The notes under the pieces were generated by a model. The model was not told the origin of the DNA. It worked only from the letters and a program-made list of their open reading frames with translations, and searched no databases. Both the position numbers and the translations under genes were made by a program. Shown here piece after piece: positions 50,900 through 64,000 of a DNA stretch of 64,000 nucleotides. The DNA lies in NCBI GenBank assembly GCA_964016885.1, contig OZ024740.1, forward strand, positions 300,080,001 to 300,144,000, given 5' to 3'. Origin of the DNA: Eledone cirrhosa. Taxonomy: Eukaryota. Numbering within the stretch: the first letter of the stretch is position 1; every line of letters starts with the position of its first letter.

Positions 50900-52610
50900 G
50901 CGCTTTAAGTACTCAAGTGAACATAACATTCGAAAGGTTAATCTTCGCTGCTAAATGCCCGTTAGGTACATCAGAAAATTCTGTTGTGACCAGATTTAGG
51001 TGATAAGTAAAATATTCTTCTGCCCCACGTGCGAGTTCTTCTCTTGAGAGAGAAGGACCCCAGACGAGTTGGTGATAGCAGGCGTGTAGAGGAACATCAT
51101 ACTCCGAAATCGGCAGATGGTCTTCCACAATACTATATTTGACGTAAAGATGGGTTCCATCATAACATGAATGGTCTGCATTTACTGTTTGTTGCGACGT
51201 TTCATGCTATTTCGTACCACGATTACAAAAAAGAATATTCATTTTCAAGCCAATTTTTTTAAGCCCCTTTCGTTGCTCATATGGTATTTTTAATGTTTTG
51301 ATGGAACCTAATTATCCTCCTGCAACACCGATCCATTTCTATCCATAGCATGGTAAAGGCTGAGCAGAAATAGTTGAGCGAAACAGTCTCCACTCCATTT
51401 CAACGTACTCTGATCATGCTGGGTTCTCTGAATTTGGATGCAGTTTTACCTGGTCCTGACCAACTCATAATCCCAGGTTTCCTCCTTTCTCCTGTTGATC
51501 GAACCAAAACTATAAGTTTTATTTTAGATAGCCTTCGAGTGGCAGATAATTAGATGTTAATCAGTGGATATCTCATACTTTCTCTTAACAGGAACACCCA
51601 ACAGAGATGAGAGATAAGGAAGAAAACAATTACTGACCACTATCCGCGATTTCCTTTATATCACCTATACATAAGGTTATATTTGTGCTAGAAGAAGGTG
51701 CTCACAACAGAGAGCCCATTACTAGAACAGAAGTCTAATAAAGCCTCTCTTTTGTATATATAGGGGGAAGTTTCTTTTTAAAATTATTTCATCCCATGTC
51801 AAATGATCAGTGAAAATATGTGTACGAGTGTCTCCCAATAGAATGCTGCTGGGACGTAATAAGGAAGGATCCGTATTTTGCCTTTTTAGTGATTAAACGT
51901 GCCCCATACGCAGAGCATGTTCATCCAGTCACAGCTTCAAAAGATAATACTTCCTCCCAAACGGATACATTCCAAAACCTTCCGTCAACTGGTACTTTCT
52001 GAGTATTACCATTTTAACTGGTAAAATGCATTTTGGCCCCTCACCTGAATAGGAGATTTTCCATCCCCCATTTAAATATTTGATACCAGAGCCACAGAAT
52101 TTTGTTGAGGAAGCCCCAGCTATATCTGGCTTACCTCACTATGTTCTGCTCCTTACCTATCAAAGTTGTAATCTTCCTGATGCCATTTGTGAACGTTTGC
52201 TCTGAATGCTTAACAATTCTGCTTCCATCACACGCTTTCCAGGACAGCTAACCGGCTCATCACGACTTGCTTCGATACAGTATGATTGCTCTTGTTGAAT
52301 CTGATCATAGAGTAGGTATTAATGGTCTTATTTGCACTAGTCCCCACTTTGGTAATTTTCTCAAATCCACGAAAACTAGGCTCTTGTTTACAGACAGCCT
52401 CACCTCATCATAAGTGCATCACTGAGTTGTGAGAGATTCGTTGCACATTAACATTCTCGCCCATTGTTTTTCATCTTCCTAAGTAACTCATCGCTATTTG
52501 TTACGGGTTCATTTATTTGTCCAACAGGGGCCCACACATCGCAACTAACCATCATATATGTTAGCTGTATCGCTATCCACATCCTACGACCTTGCAGCTC
52601 TGCGGGGAAG
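50900..52610 (-). mobile_element. Degenerate RTE-clade LINE 5' half (5' UTR, APE, linker)
   Basis: KITTLIGKEQNIV, IAGASSTKFCGSG..GGWKISYSG, WKTICRFR..AITNSSGVLLSQE..EEYF. 5' end is homologous to 23686-23770. Confidence 0.65.
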
Positions 52611-54052
52611 CTCGGGTTATTTTTGAATCAAAAACAAAAACAACACATTGGGGAGTTAACTCAGTTACGATCAGTTATAAAATTGGACAATACCGACTAA
52701 ACGTATATATATATTATTGTAGGTCGTTTTGCTAATAGAGGAGTAATAAAATAATAAAGGGTTAAATCTCCTTGCAAAATATTCTAAATAGAAAGACGGA
52801 AAGGAATGCAATTAAATTCCTAAATGTTTTATTCCTGTGATCTACCTATTTTGATAATACTGTTTTCGTTTAAAAGGTGAATGAGAAAGATAGAAGAAAT
52901 TAGAAGTGAATCCGTGCAAGAGTTGGTGGAATAACTAATTAGATAAATATATAAAATGTTAAATATATTCGAAAAAATAAACGAACAATCAAGAAACATA
53001 CATGTAACAAAATACAAAAATTAAATTACGAAATTAATTTAAAAAAATATAAAAAAATTGTATATAACAAAAAAATTGATGTACGACTGAGGAACTTTGA
53101 AAGATTAGTCGGGGAAGGAGAAAGTCAGTAATGGTTATTCTTCTAAGCATTTGCTAATCGATATATTTCGATTTTCTTAAAGCTGCCTTTTCCCGCTTTC
53201 CCGCCTCCTTCCACATACGCTTTTTATCTTTAGATTTTTTAATCTTTTTTAACTGCTCATTTTGAATATTTCTTCAAATAAAATTTAAAAGAATATCTAA
53301 AAAGCAACTTGTTGCTGTTGTTAATGTTGTTGTTGTTGTTGATGATGTTGTTTTTGATGGGGCTGCTGATGTGCTATTGGCATTTTCATATTGTTTTCGT
53401 GCTGTATGTCATTATTTGTTTTACTCTCGTCATACGCAATTAGATTTCTTTTCAAGTGATATTCGGTGTCTCTGCCCTAAAGATAAAGGTCAATCTTTTT
53501 TACACAACCTTTCAATTAGTCCACTTGTTGACTTTTCAGCGTTATATATATGTACGTTGTACATGCAAAAGTAGTATACATATGCATGCAATGGTGAATA
53601 AAAACACACATAACTTAATACAAGTATGCCCTCGTGTTTTAAATATATGTATATAACCACGCACACCAACGCGCACACATACACACATTCATACTTTCAT
53701 ACGTACATACATTCATATATACATGGTCCACCTGGTAACTTACCCCCACCTGGTAACTTACCATACCCTCTTTGTTATATATATATATATGTGTATGTGT
53801 GTGCGTGCGTGTGGGTGTATGTGTGTCTGTGTGTGTGTGGTGTTAGTGTGTGTGTGTATATGTGTGTGAATGTGCGTAATTTTGTTTTTGAATTAGATAG
53901 GTTTGAGTCAACAGGTCTGTGTGCATATTTACCCTACACATTTTGTATATAGATATATGCAGATATACATAAACAGATTTTCACAATAACATATAAAGGT
54001 CACACAAACACACATATTTCTCTCTCTCACTGTCTCTCTCTCTCTCTCTCTG

Positions 54053-54109
<57 letters not shown>

Positions 54110-54155
54110 CCTTATCGAGCCCTCTTTGGATTTTAGTCTTCAAATTTATTATTAT

Positions 54156-54242
<87 letters not shown>

Positions 54243-54700
54243 ATATTATATATATATATTGTAGGTGAGAGTAGATCACAATAGAACGTAACTAAAATAA
54301 ACATACTGGCATATTTGGCACATTAACATGTTACGAACGCCATAAAACTATAGTTATTACTTGGTGGGGAGAACACGGAAATTGAAAGCAACCGACACTG
54401 CCCACATAAGCAACACATTTAATGATCCGATGACTGTCCAAACTCATTTCCAGTTAGTTTTCACCACGTATTTGATTATAACTTTTGATAAGTTCCTACT
54501 CCTATTTCCATTTATCCTCTTTAGTCAGTTCTCATTTAATGACACCTTATCAAACGGTGAAAGGTTCAACCGTAAGGCAGAAAATTCGTATAGCAATAAT
54601 CCTAATGAAATATACATATACGAATGTGTATACATCTCTCTCTCTCTATATATATATATATATAAAATATATATATATGTATATATGTAGTTATGTCTCT

Positions 54701-54738
<38 letters not shown>

Positions 54739-54755
54739 GCTATCTCTCTCTGTCC

Positions 54756-54787
<32 letters not shown>

Positions 54788-56389
54788 TATATATATATAT
54801 ATATTTATATATATATGTATATATATAAGCTGATTCGCATTTTTTGTATGACGCATACAAAAGTAGTAGATGGTATATATGGAGATATTTTTTCCTGTTA
54901 ATGAAGGTAGCATTTTAAAGTTCCTCATTATTACCAGCTTCTTCAGTTTCTGAACATGATGTTCTATCACTTCAGGCAACGATTTAGGCTCTGTTGGATG
55001 AAAGTATCTGCGTAAACAAACATACTATGTTTTGAAAGGTAACGTGACACCTGATGGCACAAATTGTTTTAAAGAGAATCTTTTAATAGAATCTCATATG
55101 CTTTTCTTTTCGCAACAAGATTCATTTCACACTTCGTTGAGTTTTCAAAATAAAGCCATTACTTTGGCCTACCGCTGAATCTTCGAAACGATCTGGCTCG
55201 GGCCGGTGTCTCGAATACAGCCTCATTTGTTCTAGGTGATAGTCGCATTCAGGAAATTATTTTTGAGGTGATTTATCCGTAACTCATTGAGGAGACTTCA
55301 TTCAATAAACGTCTGTCATAGTACGACATACTTCTACTTATAATCTTTAAGACAGTGACGAGGTTTCACATAAGAAAGATGCATGTATTGGCAACATCAT
55401 ATTAACACTGGACCTCTTACTTAGGAAATGCTATCTGGTTGTGATTCCTGTGCCAACAAGCTCTTAGCAGGACATACAGACTAATGTTTGCAACACTCAG
55501 ACATTGGAATTATGTATAAAATCGTAAATTCTCTGTCATTATCATCTCCTCAGCTCAAATATGATTTGAATGGGGTGTTAATATTTAGCTTTGCTGAGTG
55601 GGAATGATGCCGTTTAAGTGATTTATGTGCTGGCAAATTCTACTTTTGATATTATTTCTGTGTAGTTAAATGTCGTTGAAGCATTTCAGCATTACATTTA
55701 GACCCGTTTGGAAAGTTTGGATTAAGAAGTGAAATAGAATCGCTTTATTTTTGTTACTCTCCACAGTGTTTCACGAAAGGCGATAAGCTCATATTTATTT
55801 AAAGTCCATAGGGATGTGAGTGAGAAAAATCTAGTTTGTATTAGCGAGGACTCCACGGAATAACACATGTTAAATTTTACTACCGCAACCGACGAAGAAT
55901 AAATATCAGCAATTGCAGCCATTATAACTACAATAATAGGTAATGTGTTTTACCACTAATGCATTATTTACGTTAACGGTATCCCTAATAATCTCTTGCA
56001 TTATTTGTTCTCCTAAGGCACCAACAGTTCCTGCTAATCCTGATATTTTCCCGTTTCTTATTGTCTACGGATTTTATCAGGATACTGAAAAGCGGATTTA
56101 CTGAAAAACAATTAAAAGTAGGAATTGAAGATGTAAAAACATTGTACTAGAACGAATATCAATTTGTGAGAATCTTCCTCACTCAGAATCTACCGATACA
56201 CGAATAAACTCTCTAGAAATAAATTTACAGTCACAGTCAAAATTAGGGACAAAATGTTGCACTCCTTTCCCTAGGATATGAAATCAAGATCATTTCAAGA
56301 TGAATTGATCGTTGTTTAACGACAATAGAAATTGAGCTTGATTTAATTATAGGTGTTGTTAAGATTCTCAATTATACCGGATCTTGTTC

Positions 56390-56830
56390 TGATGACCGAA
56401 TGCTGAAACTGGCATATTAATGCACCAGCTTCTGTAATTATTTCACTTAATTCAGCCTCCTGCCTTCCATCACTCGTGCATACGTCTACAAAGTATTTGA
56501 ATTTCTCCACCCACTTCAGTGGAGCTCCACAGGCATTTCGAGTGCAAGCTTTCTAGAGTGGACGAGTTTCTCAGTCTTTGCCGCACTGATCTATATTCCT
56601 GCTGTGCAGCATTCCGCAGTAAACCTATCAAGTGCATGTCAGAGATCTTCTCCTGACGAGGTAAGTTATACCATGTCCTTCGCAAATTCCAGCCGACTGA
56701 TCCTATTCTCACCAGTCTCGGCTGTGTATTTCAATCCTGTCTATGAGGATTATGAACAGGAGAAACGACAGTATGGACCTTTGGTGGAGTCTGACACCCC
56801 TATTGAAGGGTTGTGACAACACTTATCCGA
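56390..56830 (-). pseudogene. RTE-type RT fragment
   Basis: PLKWVEKFKYFVDVCTSDGRQEAEL resembles the RTE VE.FKYLG..TSDG motif. Confidence 0.55.
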
Positions 56831-59800
56831 ATACAAATACTAGATTTGCCGCAGCGGGAAGGTTTTGTCGGCTGTGCCGCATCCGGGGCTAAACCACACT
56901 GTTGGTCAGCTAGATTGGACTGGACATTATCCATATATCTCTTTGACAGACACTTGTACAAATTTTACTGGGCAGGCGTAATAAAGAGCTCTCTCTATAA
57001 TTGGAAACGTAGCAACAGAAACAATAAATTCATCCAAAGTTCAGATATGGAATACATTTGTGATTAAGCTGGAAACGAACGTCAGATCAGGAAATAAAAT
57101 GCACTAGCAGACCATACGTCGACTCCGAAGTTTCTCCTCCACATATCATCGAGTGATTTAAAATACAAAGAGCAATACGTGAGAACGGATAGAAAGAAAT
57201 TGTAGAAAATGTACATAAACTCATATTGATAACATGAACAATTGGAAACATATTTTCACACGAATTAAAGGCTAGAATCATGTTGTGATAAAAAAGAAAA
57301 GTTATACATGAAAAAGTAACTGGATATGAATACAACACGGAAATGTTTCAGTGTTTTGAATTTATTTTAGAAAATTAGATGCGCAATCTTTGGTGTGAGG
57401 AATGTTTTTAACTGTGTGGGTATAGAAAGATAGACATCTGATAAGTAAATGCTAGATAATGAGAGTGAAATAAAAAGGTAAATATTCCAATAAAATAGGC
57501 TGGATGGGATATACAATATCTTCCTGGTAATACCCGAAAGAAAAATATTAAAAGCTATATTTTCTCTTCCGTCTCATAAACACATACAGACACACTTATT
57601 TAACGTAAAAGAACCTTTCTTGAAATGTATCAAAATAAAATATCATTATAGAATCTTTTGTGGCGCAAGAGTATCAATGATAATTAAAAATAAATCCCAA
57701 TAAAATTGTGGACATCGTTCAATCAAATAATGCAACAGGTTATTGTGATTACCTTGCGCATAGTAATCTAACTTCCAAAATTCTAGAGAGAGCAGAGATA
57801 AACAAATAGAAAAAAAAATGGGTAAAGGATGCATAAGCCAGAAGGAGAAAGATAAAAAATAAACATGATGAGTTAGAGAAATAAAATACAGAAGCAGACA
57901 GGGTGCGTAAGGAGTAGACAGACTAGAGAAATAGACACATACATGAAATAGAAGAGAGATACGACAATATTTCTGATCTGGAATACAAACGTCAGCGAGA
58001 GACCGTTTAAGAGGCACGGTGTTTATAATTTAACGCATGCCAAGGAAAGTAACTCGGAGTGAATCATAGATTGTAGTTTTGGTGCCGGCGATTATGTTGA
58101 TGCATTACCACTACCATGCCTACCGACTTCATTTTTCCAAACGCAAGAAAGTGTTTAAATAACAGTTTGAAGGCAGAGGCACGGAGAGGAGTTCCAGCTA
58201 TATCCTGTCAATAAAATCTTCATACGGTAATCTCTTCATACACAATAGGTAAGATTTTCATACACAATAGGTATCCGATATCCGAATGGCTAAATGTCAC
58301 GAGGAGTCATGAGGAGTCCAGTCATGAGGAGTCCAGGTCATGAGTAGTCATGACCTTGATGCCCTGGCCCCATTAGAGTGTAACATGTTAAGGGCTAAAA
58401 CACTCACTTGAGGGGGTTCTTCTGTGAAGAATTTCTGTCTAGCTCTCCTGGGATTTTCTTACACTTACCTGTCACACATTGCTTATGGTCCGCAGTAAGT
58501 GTTCAATGTTTTCTAAAATGCTTTATCTACATTTTTCTTTATATATTATAATATTCTACACAATGTCCCTATATATATGTAAGGAACCAGGTGGACCATA
58601 ACGCACCAGAGTACTCGATACTTAGGGTAGCTAGATCCGTATATATGTATGCATGTATGTATGTATGTATGTATGTATGTATGTATGTATGTATGTATGT
58701 ATGTATGTATGTATGCATGTATGTGTGTGTGCGTGTGTGTGTACGTATACATATTATAATATTCTAAAGAGAGACTACAGAATGGATGAGCATTTTCCGT
58801 AGCTAATGGTGAACTTAAAACTGTTTTCAAGTGGTATAAGCATCACACTGCGGAGTAACTGAAGAAGAAAATATAACGATTCACTTGAACTTTCTTGTAC
58901 ATACAGACAGAACAATCAAATCTAACCGACCGAATATTACTGTAAAAGACAAAAATAACCAAGTCTGTTTATTGATTACTATATTGTAGCTCAGAAAATA
59001 TAAAGATTTACCTATCGAAATTAAAACAAATGTGGCATCTCAAGGCGGTTAAAATAACAGTGATTGTAAGAGCACTGGCAATGATAAACCAAAGTGACAA
59101 TATTTTTTAGTATGATCAGTAGCTTACCATTTCTGCAAAGGTGGTGCAAACAATTGTTTTAACTAGTAAGGCACGAGTATTTAGATGAACACCATTGCTG
59201 TGAGAATGAAAACACTCTATATATTTTTTTTACCTAATTATATTTGATTAAATTAAATAATTATGTAATTTGTAAGTAATCAAGCACTCCTGTATATGAT
59301 TGATTATCATTCGGTTATATAATTTATAAAAGATAATGTTCACATGTATAAGTTGAATTAAAATTATGTACTTGAAACTCTGTAAAGTAGTAACAATAAA
59401 TTGATATGGCCGATTCTTTCAATGATATATACTACGTTTTCCCATCATGTCTTCATTGAGATTTAGAGAGAAAACTATTTCCAATTAAAAAACTATTTCT
59501 CTCTCACATTAGTATTGTTCTTTCTTTCTATATTTTCATTCTAAGATTGCTAAACACATGTTGTACCCTATGAATACATTTAAGAATCAGCTTAAACAAT
59601 AATATCGTTAATATCGGACATTTAGCTCGGTTGTGTTGAGCGACCTTCTAATAATCAGTTGGAAATATAATTCAATCTGTGTGCAATCTCGATAACATCC
59701 TTACTATTATTTTTGTTTTCTCTATGGGTTCCCTTTCACGCTACGCATGTGGATTCTACTGAGGCCGTGTATATCTTTATTATATGAACATAAAGTAGAA

Positions 59801-60224
59801 ATCATTATATGAACATAAAGTATGTTTCATTCTTTGCTTTAAACATTTAACTAAATTGTATTGTATAAAATAGCTGCTTAACGTTTTACACATGTTTTCG
59901 AATATATCAACGTCTGAAATACCCGAGGATAAACAAGAATGTACTTCTGAAGTTTTGTGTCTCTATATATCACATCTTCTCTGTCGTGATCTGTTAAGCC
60001 ATTCTGTACGTTTTCTACTCCCACTTCTTTCATTTGTGTAGATACATCTCTCAACTGCTTCAATTGTTAGCACTCCCTATCATATTGTTAAGACATCTAT
60101 CTTTCCTTATTTCTGTTTTCTTGCTTTCCTGTTTTGTCACTCTCAGTATATATCTCTTATTTATTCAATTTATCCTCAACTGTAATTTCTATACTTTGTT
60201 TTCCATTAATTTACAATATTTCAC

Positions 60225-60330
60225 CTGCACACGACCAGAAATTTGGGTGGGAGAAAGCAGTCAACTATATCGACCAGTACTTGACTAGTAATTATTTTAT
60301 CGATGCCAGAAGGTTTAAAGACATCAATAA
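60225..60330 (-). mobile_element. Old SINE fragment related to family 1
   Basis: ATCGACCAGTACTTGACTAGTAATTATTTTATCGATGCCAGAAGG is a diverged form of the SINE core. Confidence 0.5.
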
Positions 60331-60713
60331 CAAATGAGTTTCTTTTGCCTGCTCGGGAAAACTAAAAGACAAACTTTAAGTTTTCGCAGATTTTAAACAA
60401 GGACATAAGTTTTACAAGTAAAGCTGAAATGTACTGTTTTAGCGCTCTGTCATTTAACACGTTTTCTCCGAAAAAGTAAGGTTTGCTATTTATTGATTGG
60501 AGATAGGAACAAATTCATGTAATTGAAATGATAGTATATAATGAGTATAATATTTTTTGCTGCATATTATGAATTCAAATACCATCGCATGAGCCATTAA
60601 TTTTCATTCATGTTGTTTGGAAGAAATAATACCCAACTCGATGTTATTCTTCCACATACAAATGTGTGTCCCTTTGTTAATGAATGAATCACATTATTAT
60701 TACTGATATAAAT

Positions 60714-60899
60714 ATAATTGTTTCTACTTTGGCACAAGGCCAGCAATTACCCAGTGCATTACTGTTACTTTATTTTATCGACCCCATAAGCATGAAAGGC
60801 AAAGTTAACCTCAGCGGGATTTGAACTCAGACCATAAAGGGCCGTAACTCTTTGCTGCAAAGCATGGCGTCAGGCCCTCTACCGATACTGCCAATCCAC
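60714..60899 (-). mobile_element. SINE family 1 copy
   Basis: Full-length alignment to other copies. Confidence 0.88.
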
Positions 60900-61601
60900 T
60901 ATATAATGAATGTGGAATAGAATGGGTCCGATTCTTCCTCTACATATCTTTCTCACTTTCATTCTCTGACTCTCTCCCCTTCTCTGGAGGAAATACGCTG
61001 TATTCAGACCTGGTGTGCGATAGGCTACGTGAGGTTTGAAAATGTCCTGGAAACGCCGTATATGATTTTGCTGCCCCCTACGACTCCTCCAGGAATTACG
61101 GGACTATGCATGTCTATTGAGCATGATCATTTTATATATCTAGTTACCATCCAATGGGGCTGTTCTCCTTTAATTAATATGTACTACTAGGCAGATTTCA
61201 ACATGTAATTTAATACTTCTGAGATAAGAATTTATATTCCACAATTAGAATTTGCATGATATGGAAACTTTCTAAAATTAATTCTTATCTTAACATGTTA
61301 TAAATTGTTACATTATTTATCAAAACAATACATTTCCTCTTTTTTAATACTAATCCATCTGTGCAAAGAAGCATTACACGCTACATATAAGCCAAGAAAC
61401 GGCATCTGTTTCCGAAGGTTCGACTTAAAAGAAATTAAAATTAGATATCTTTCATATCACACGCTGCAGATTCTAAATTTGGATGGAATAATGTAGCTCT
61501 AAATACACATAACTTGATATCAGATGGGATATTGAGGCCTAGATCATGTTGATAATTTTGATAACAAGTATGCTGAATCAAAATTGATTAAATGACAATG
61601 G

Positions 61602-61784
61602 CAGTGGTGACTTCCAGTGTCCTCCTTACTCACCACCATAGGCGCTGAGCTGGCCAGCCGCAGGTGTGAGCCCCGTGAGTTGGAGTGGCTTTTCCAGCGC
61701 GTCTCCCTTGCCGTCCTCCGGGGAAACGCCTTCTCCATTCTGCCCACCGGGGCTGTGGGTGGGCCCCATCGCGTACCGTTGTAG
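61602..61784 (+). pseudogene. 3' end of a CRE-like RLE non-LTR retrotransposon ORF
   Basis: GC-rich island translating LLTTIGAELASRRCEPRELEWLFQRVSLAVLRGNAFSIL (LFQR.S.A..RGNA terminal motif). This frame is not in the ORF track. Confidence 0.75.
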
Positions 61785-62279
61785 TTGTTGTAGAAGAAAC
61801 AGGAAGGGAGTTCTAAGTGATAGTGAAGAAATCAATGAACAGCCATATATATATCCACGCTTCATCTGCTTACTACCTACTACTCTAATGTTCTGATGAA
61901 TATCAGCGACTTTCCAACTAAATGAAAATGTTGAACACTAGAAATTTAATGCACGCAAAAATGGGGACTAGAATCAGAAAAAAATATTATAGATGTTTCT
62001 TCTACATGTGTATGACGACGTGAAACATTGAGAATTGTAGAATATACTGTTAAATATACAATTAAAAACAACAAAAAACAACAGGGGAAATTAATTTGTT
62101 AATTGTTCCTCATTTGATACAATAAAACATGCGTTAAAAGTGGTATAGAAAATTTGCGGATGTTGGTAAATTTGGAATATTGAAACTTATTTTATTCTAA
62201 AGAACGCACCAAGTATATGGATTACGCTAATAGTTATTGCACGTCCAGATCTCTATTTCTCTTTCTCGATATATTTAAT

Positions 62280-63230
62280 TATTTGTATCGCTTCCAATTC
62301 TTTGACTCCCAAGTGTAATACATGTACCTCAATTTTTAATTGAGATGTATTTAGATGGTCATATTTCTAAGTATGATTTTCCGTGTAAATATATCTCTTA
62401 TTGCCTTAAGTTCATTGAAGGGTGCCGATTTATATAGATACATATTCATTAGGTTTAGAAGAATTGTATGAAAATATTGGAAAGCAAACACAGCTTCGAT
62501 AGATTTTCTGTCCAGCGGAAATTGACCTTCTGTTAATATCAATACTATCAATCGTCATGTTTAGTTAGATGTATCTGGAAGTATGATGGCCTTGTCATAC
62601 GTTTTGCAGACAAGCGGAATAATATAGAGGTTTACAAAATTTCATCTCTGATCTCTCATGTTGTGTTTGAATTTTCCTTGTGTGAGCTTACTCATGTTGA
62701 AACCCGTCGAAGATTTTACCATATCGTTGCTATATTTATTGATATGTTTCTCTAAACAAAACTAAATCTCAAGCAACTTATCAGAGGTGACATACAACCT
62801 ATCGTTATATTTCATATCGTAATGTCTTTTAAAATATACACTTATAGTAGTGCCTGGGGTAAGTGCAAAAACGAATTGCATAAACTCGAACTGAACTGAG
62901 ATGTCTTTTGTTTGACGTTTATCGATTAATATAGTAACATGTCGAAAGCTATCGCACAAGATCAGATCTGTTTTAAGCTTCCGCTTTCAAAATGTCCTTT
63001 GACGTTTGTGAACTTTATCGAATAATCAGTGAATATCAAACACAATCTTCCGAAGCGAACAAGAACAACACAAATACGAATTATCAAGCAAAAAACATCA
63101 ACATCAACAACAAAATATTTTAAAAATACTGTCAGATTGAAATCAATTCAAAATTATTTCCGGAAGACAATAAGATCAACTTTAACAAATTTTCTATTAG
63201 ACGACAGCATTATAAATGTACGTCTAACAA
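62280..63230 (-). pseudogene. Highly degraded hAT (Charlie/SPIN-like) transposase
   Basis: Scattered minus-strand motifs in the expected order: LCLIF..NVKGHFES (zinc finger), FRHVTILIDK, RKFK..PLYYS, LLNLMNMYL..IRDIFTRKIIL. Confidence 0.4.
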
Positions 63231-64000
63231 GAATTTTACACTGAGTGCTAGAATAATACGAAATTTGTAGTAGATATTTTCTGCCACTATGTGTCATACA
63301 TAGCATAGCTACGTCTAGGATTATACATTACGTCTTCCAGCTCCATCTTTTCCCCCGCTTCTATAGTCACTGATACACGCGGAAACACATGTTTATGGGC
63401 ATATATTTCAATATCTTTGTATGTGTTCACACGTAATTGTTTTTGTAGCTGTGAGGGTCATAAAGTATTTCATTAGGGAAGATTTGAACATTTCAAACAT
63501 TCATAATTATCTCAACTATTCATATGAGTTATATGAAACGGTAGTAGAGGAAATCGAACCTAAATTTGTCTCCCAATCGCTTAAAATGTTTCATTAAATC
63601 GCCCAAAATTCATAGTGTGAGATGCCCGCAAATTTGTTTTGCATATTTGTCGTTACAATTGAAAAGTGATGCTGTGATCCCCGCTGGGTTTAAACATGAA
63701 TCAGAAAAAAATCGCCGGTTCATTCAATCCAACAACCTAATAACACTACTCATTCTTCATCTTCCATGTTTGTGGTCGATAAATAAAGTAACACTCCCGG
63801 GGCAGTATGTTGGTTAAATTAATAATAGTCGAATTGGATGTTTTGCTGTATATGTCACAGCTCTGTGTTCTCAGTTCAAATCCTGTCTCTTCTCGTTGGA
63901 AAATCGGTGACGCTTTTTCTAGGAATCGCAATCAGCAAATAGTATCAGAAATGAAAGTCTTTCTGAATATAGTTTCTCTTTTTTTTCTATATGATAAGAT

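Noticed and set aside
53085-53115. CTGAGGA..GAAA motif (similar cases at 20993 and 56390)
   Set aside because: No complementary helices; expected by chance.
59878-60063. ORF with protein-like composition as a host exon (also 55722-55922)
   Set aside because: No recognisable domain or convincing splice-site pair; cannot be supported without a homology search.

Overview
Eukaryotic, AT-rich, microsatellite-saturated non-coding DNA, probably from an octopod cephalopod (inferred from recognising the dominant tRNA-derived SINE; not verified by a search). No intact host protein-coding gene is evident, and most ORFs in the track are (TA)n/(CA)n/(GA)n artefacts. The window is a transposon graveyard. 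It holds at least eight fragments of Penelope-like retroelements (PLEs; RT plus C-terminal GIY-YIG endonuclease, mostly Naiad-like), RTE, R4/Dong-like and CRE-like LINE relics, a DD37D maT (Tc1/mariner) element, Chapaev3-like and hAT relics, and SINEs. The most striking hidden layer is RNA structure. Reading both strands by eye gives 13 type-I hammerhead ribozyme (HHR) motifs with intact CUGANGA/GAAA/NUH cores and about a dozen variant, mutated or half copies from many unrelated sequence families. They sit at PLE 3' ends, in tiny (TA)n-embedded fold-back elements whose hairpin apex lies inside the ribozyme, and in a 502-bp tandem repeat that looks like a retrozyme able to produce circular RNA. 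Several families also share a small covarying stem-loop between the ribozyme and the (TA)n junction. All structures were folded manually and none has been computationally or experimentally confirmed.
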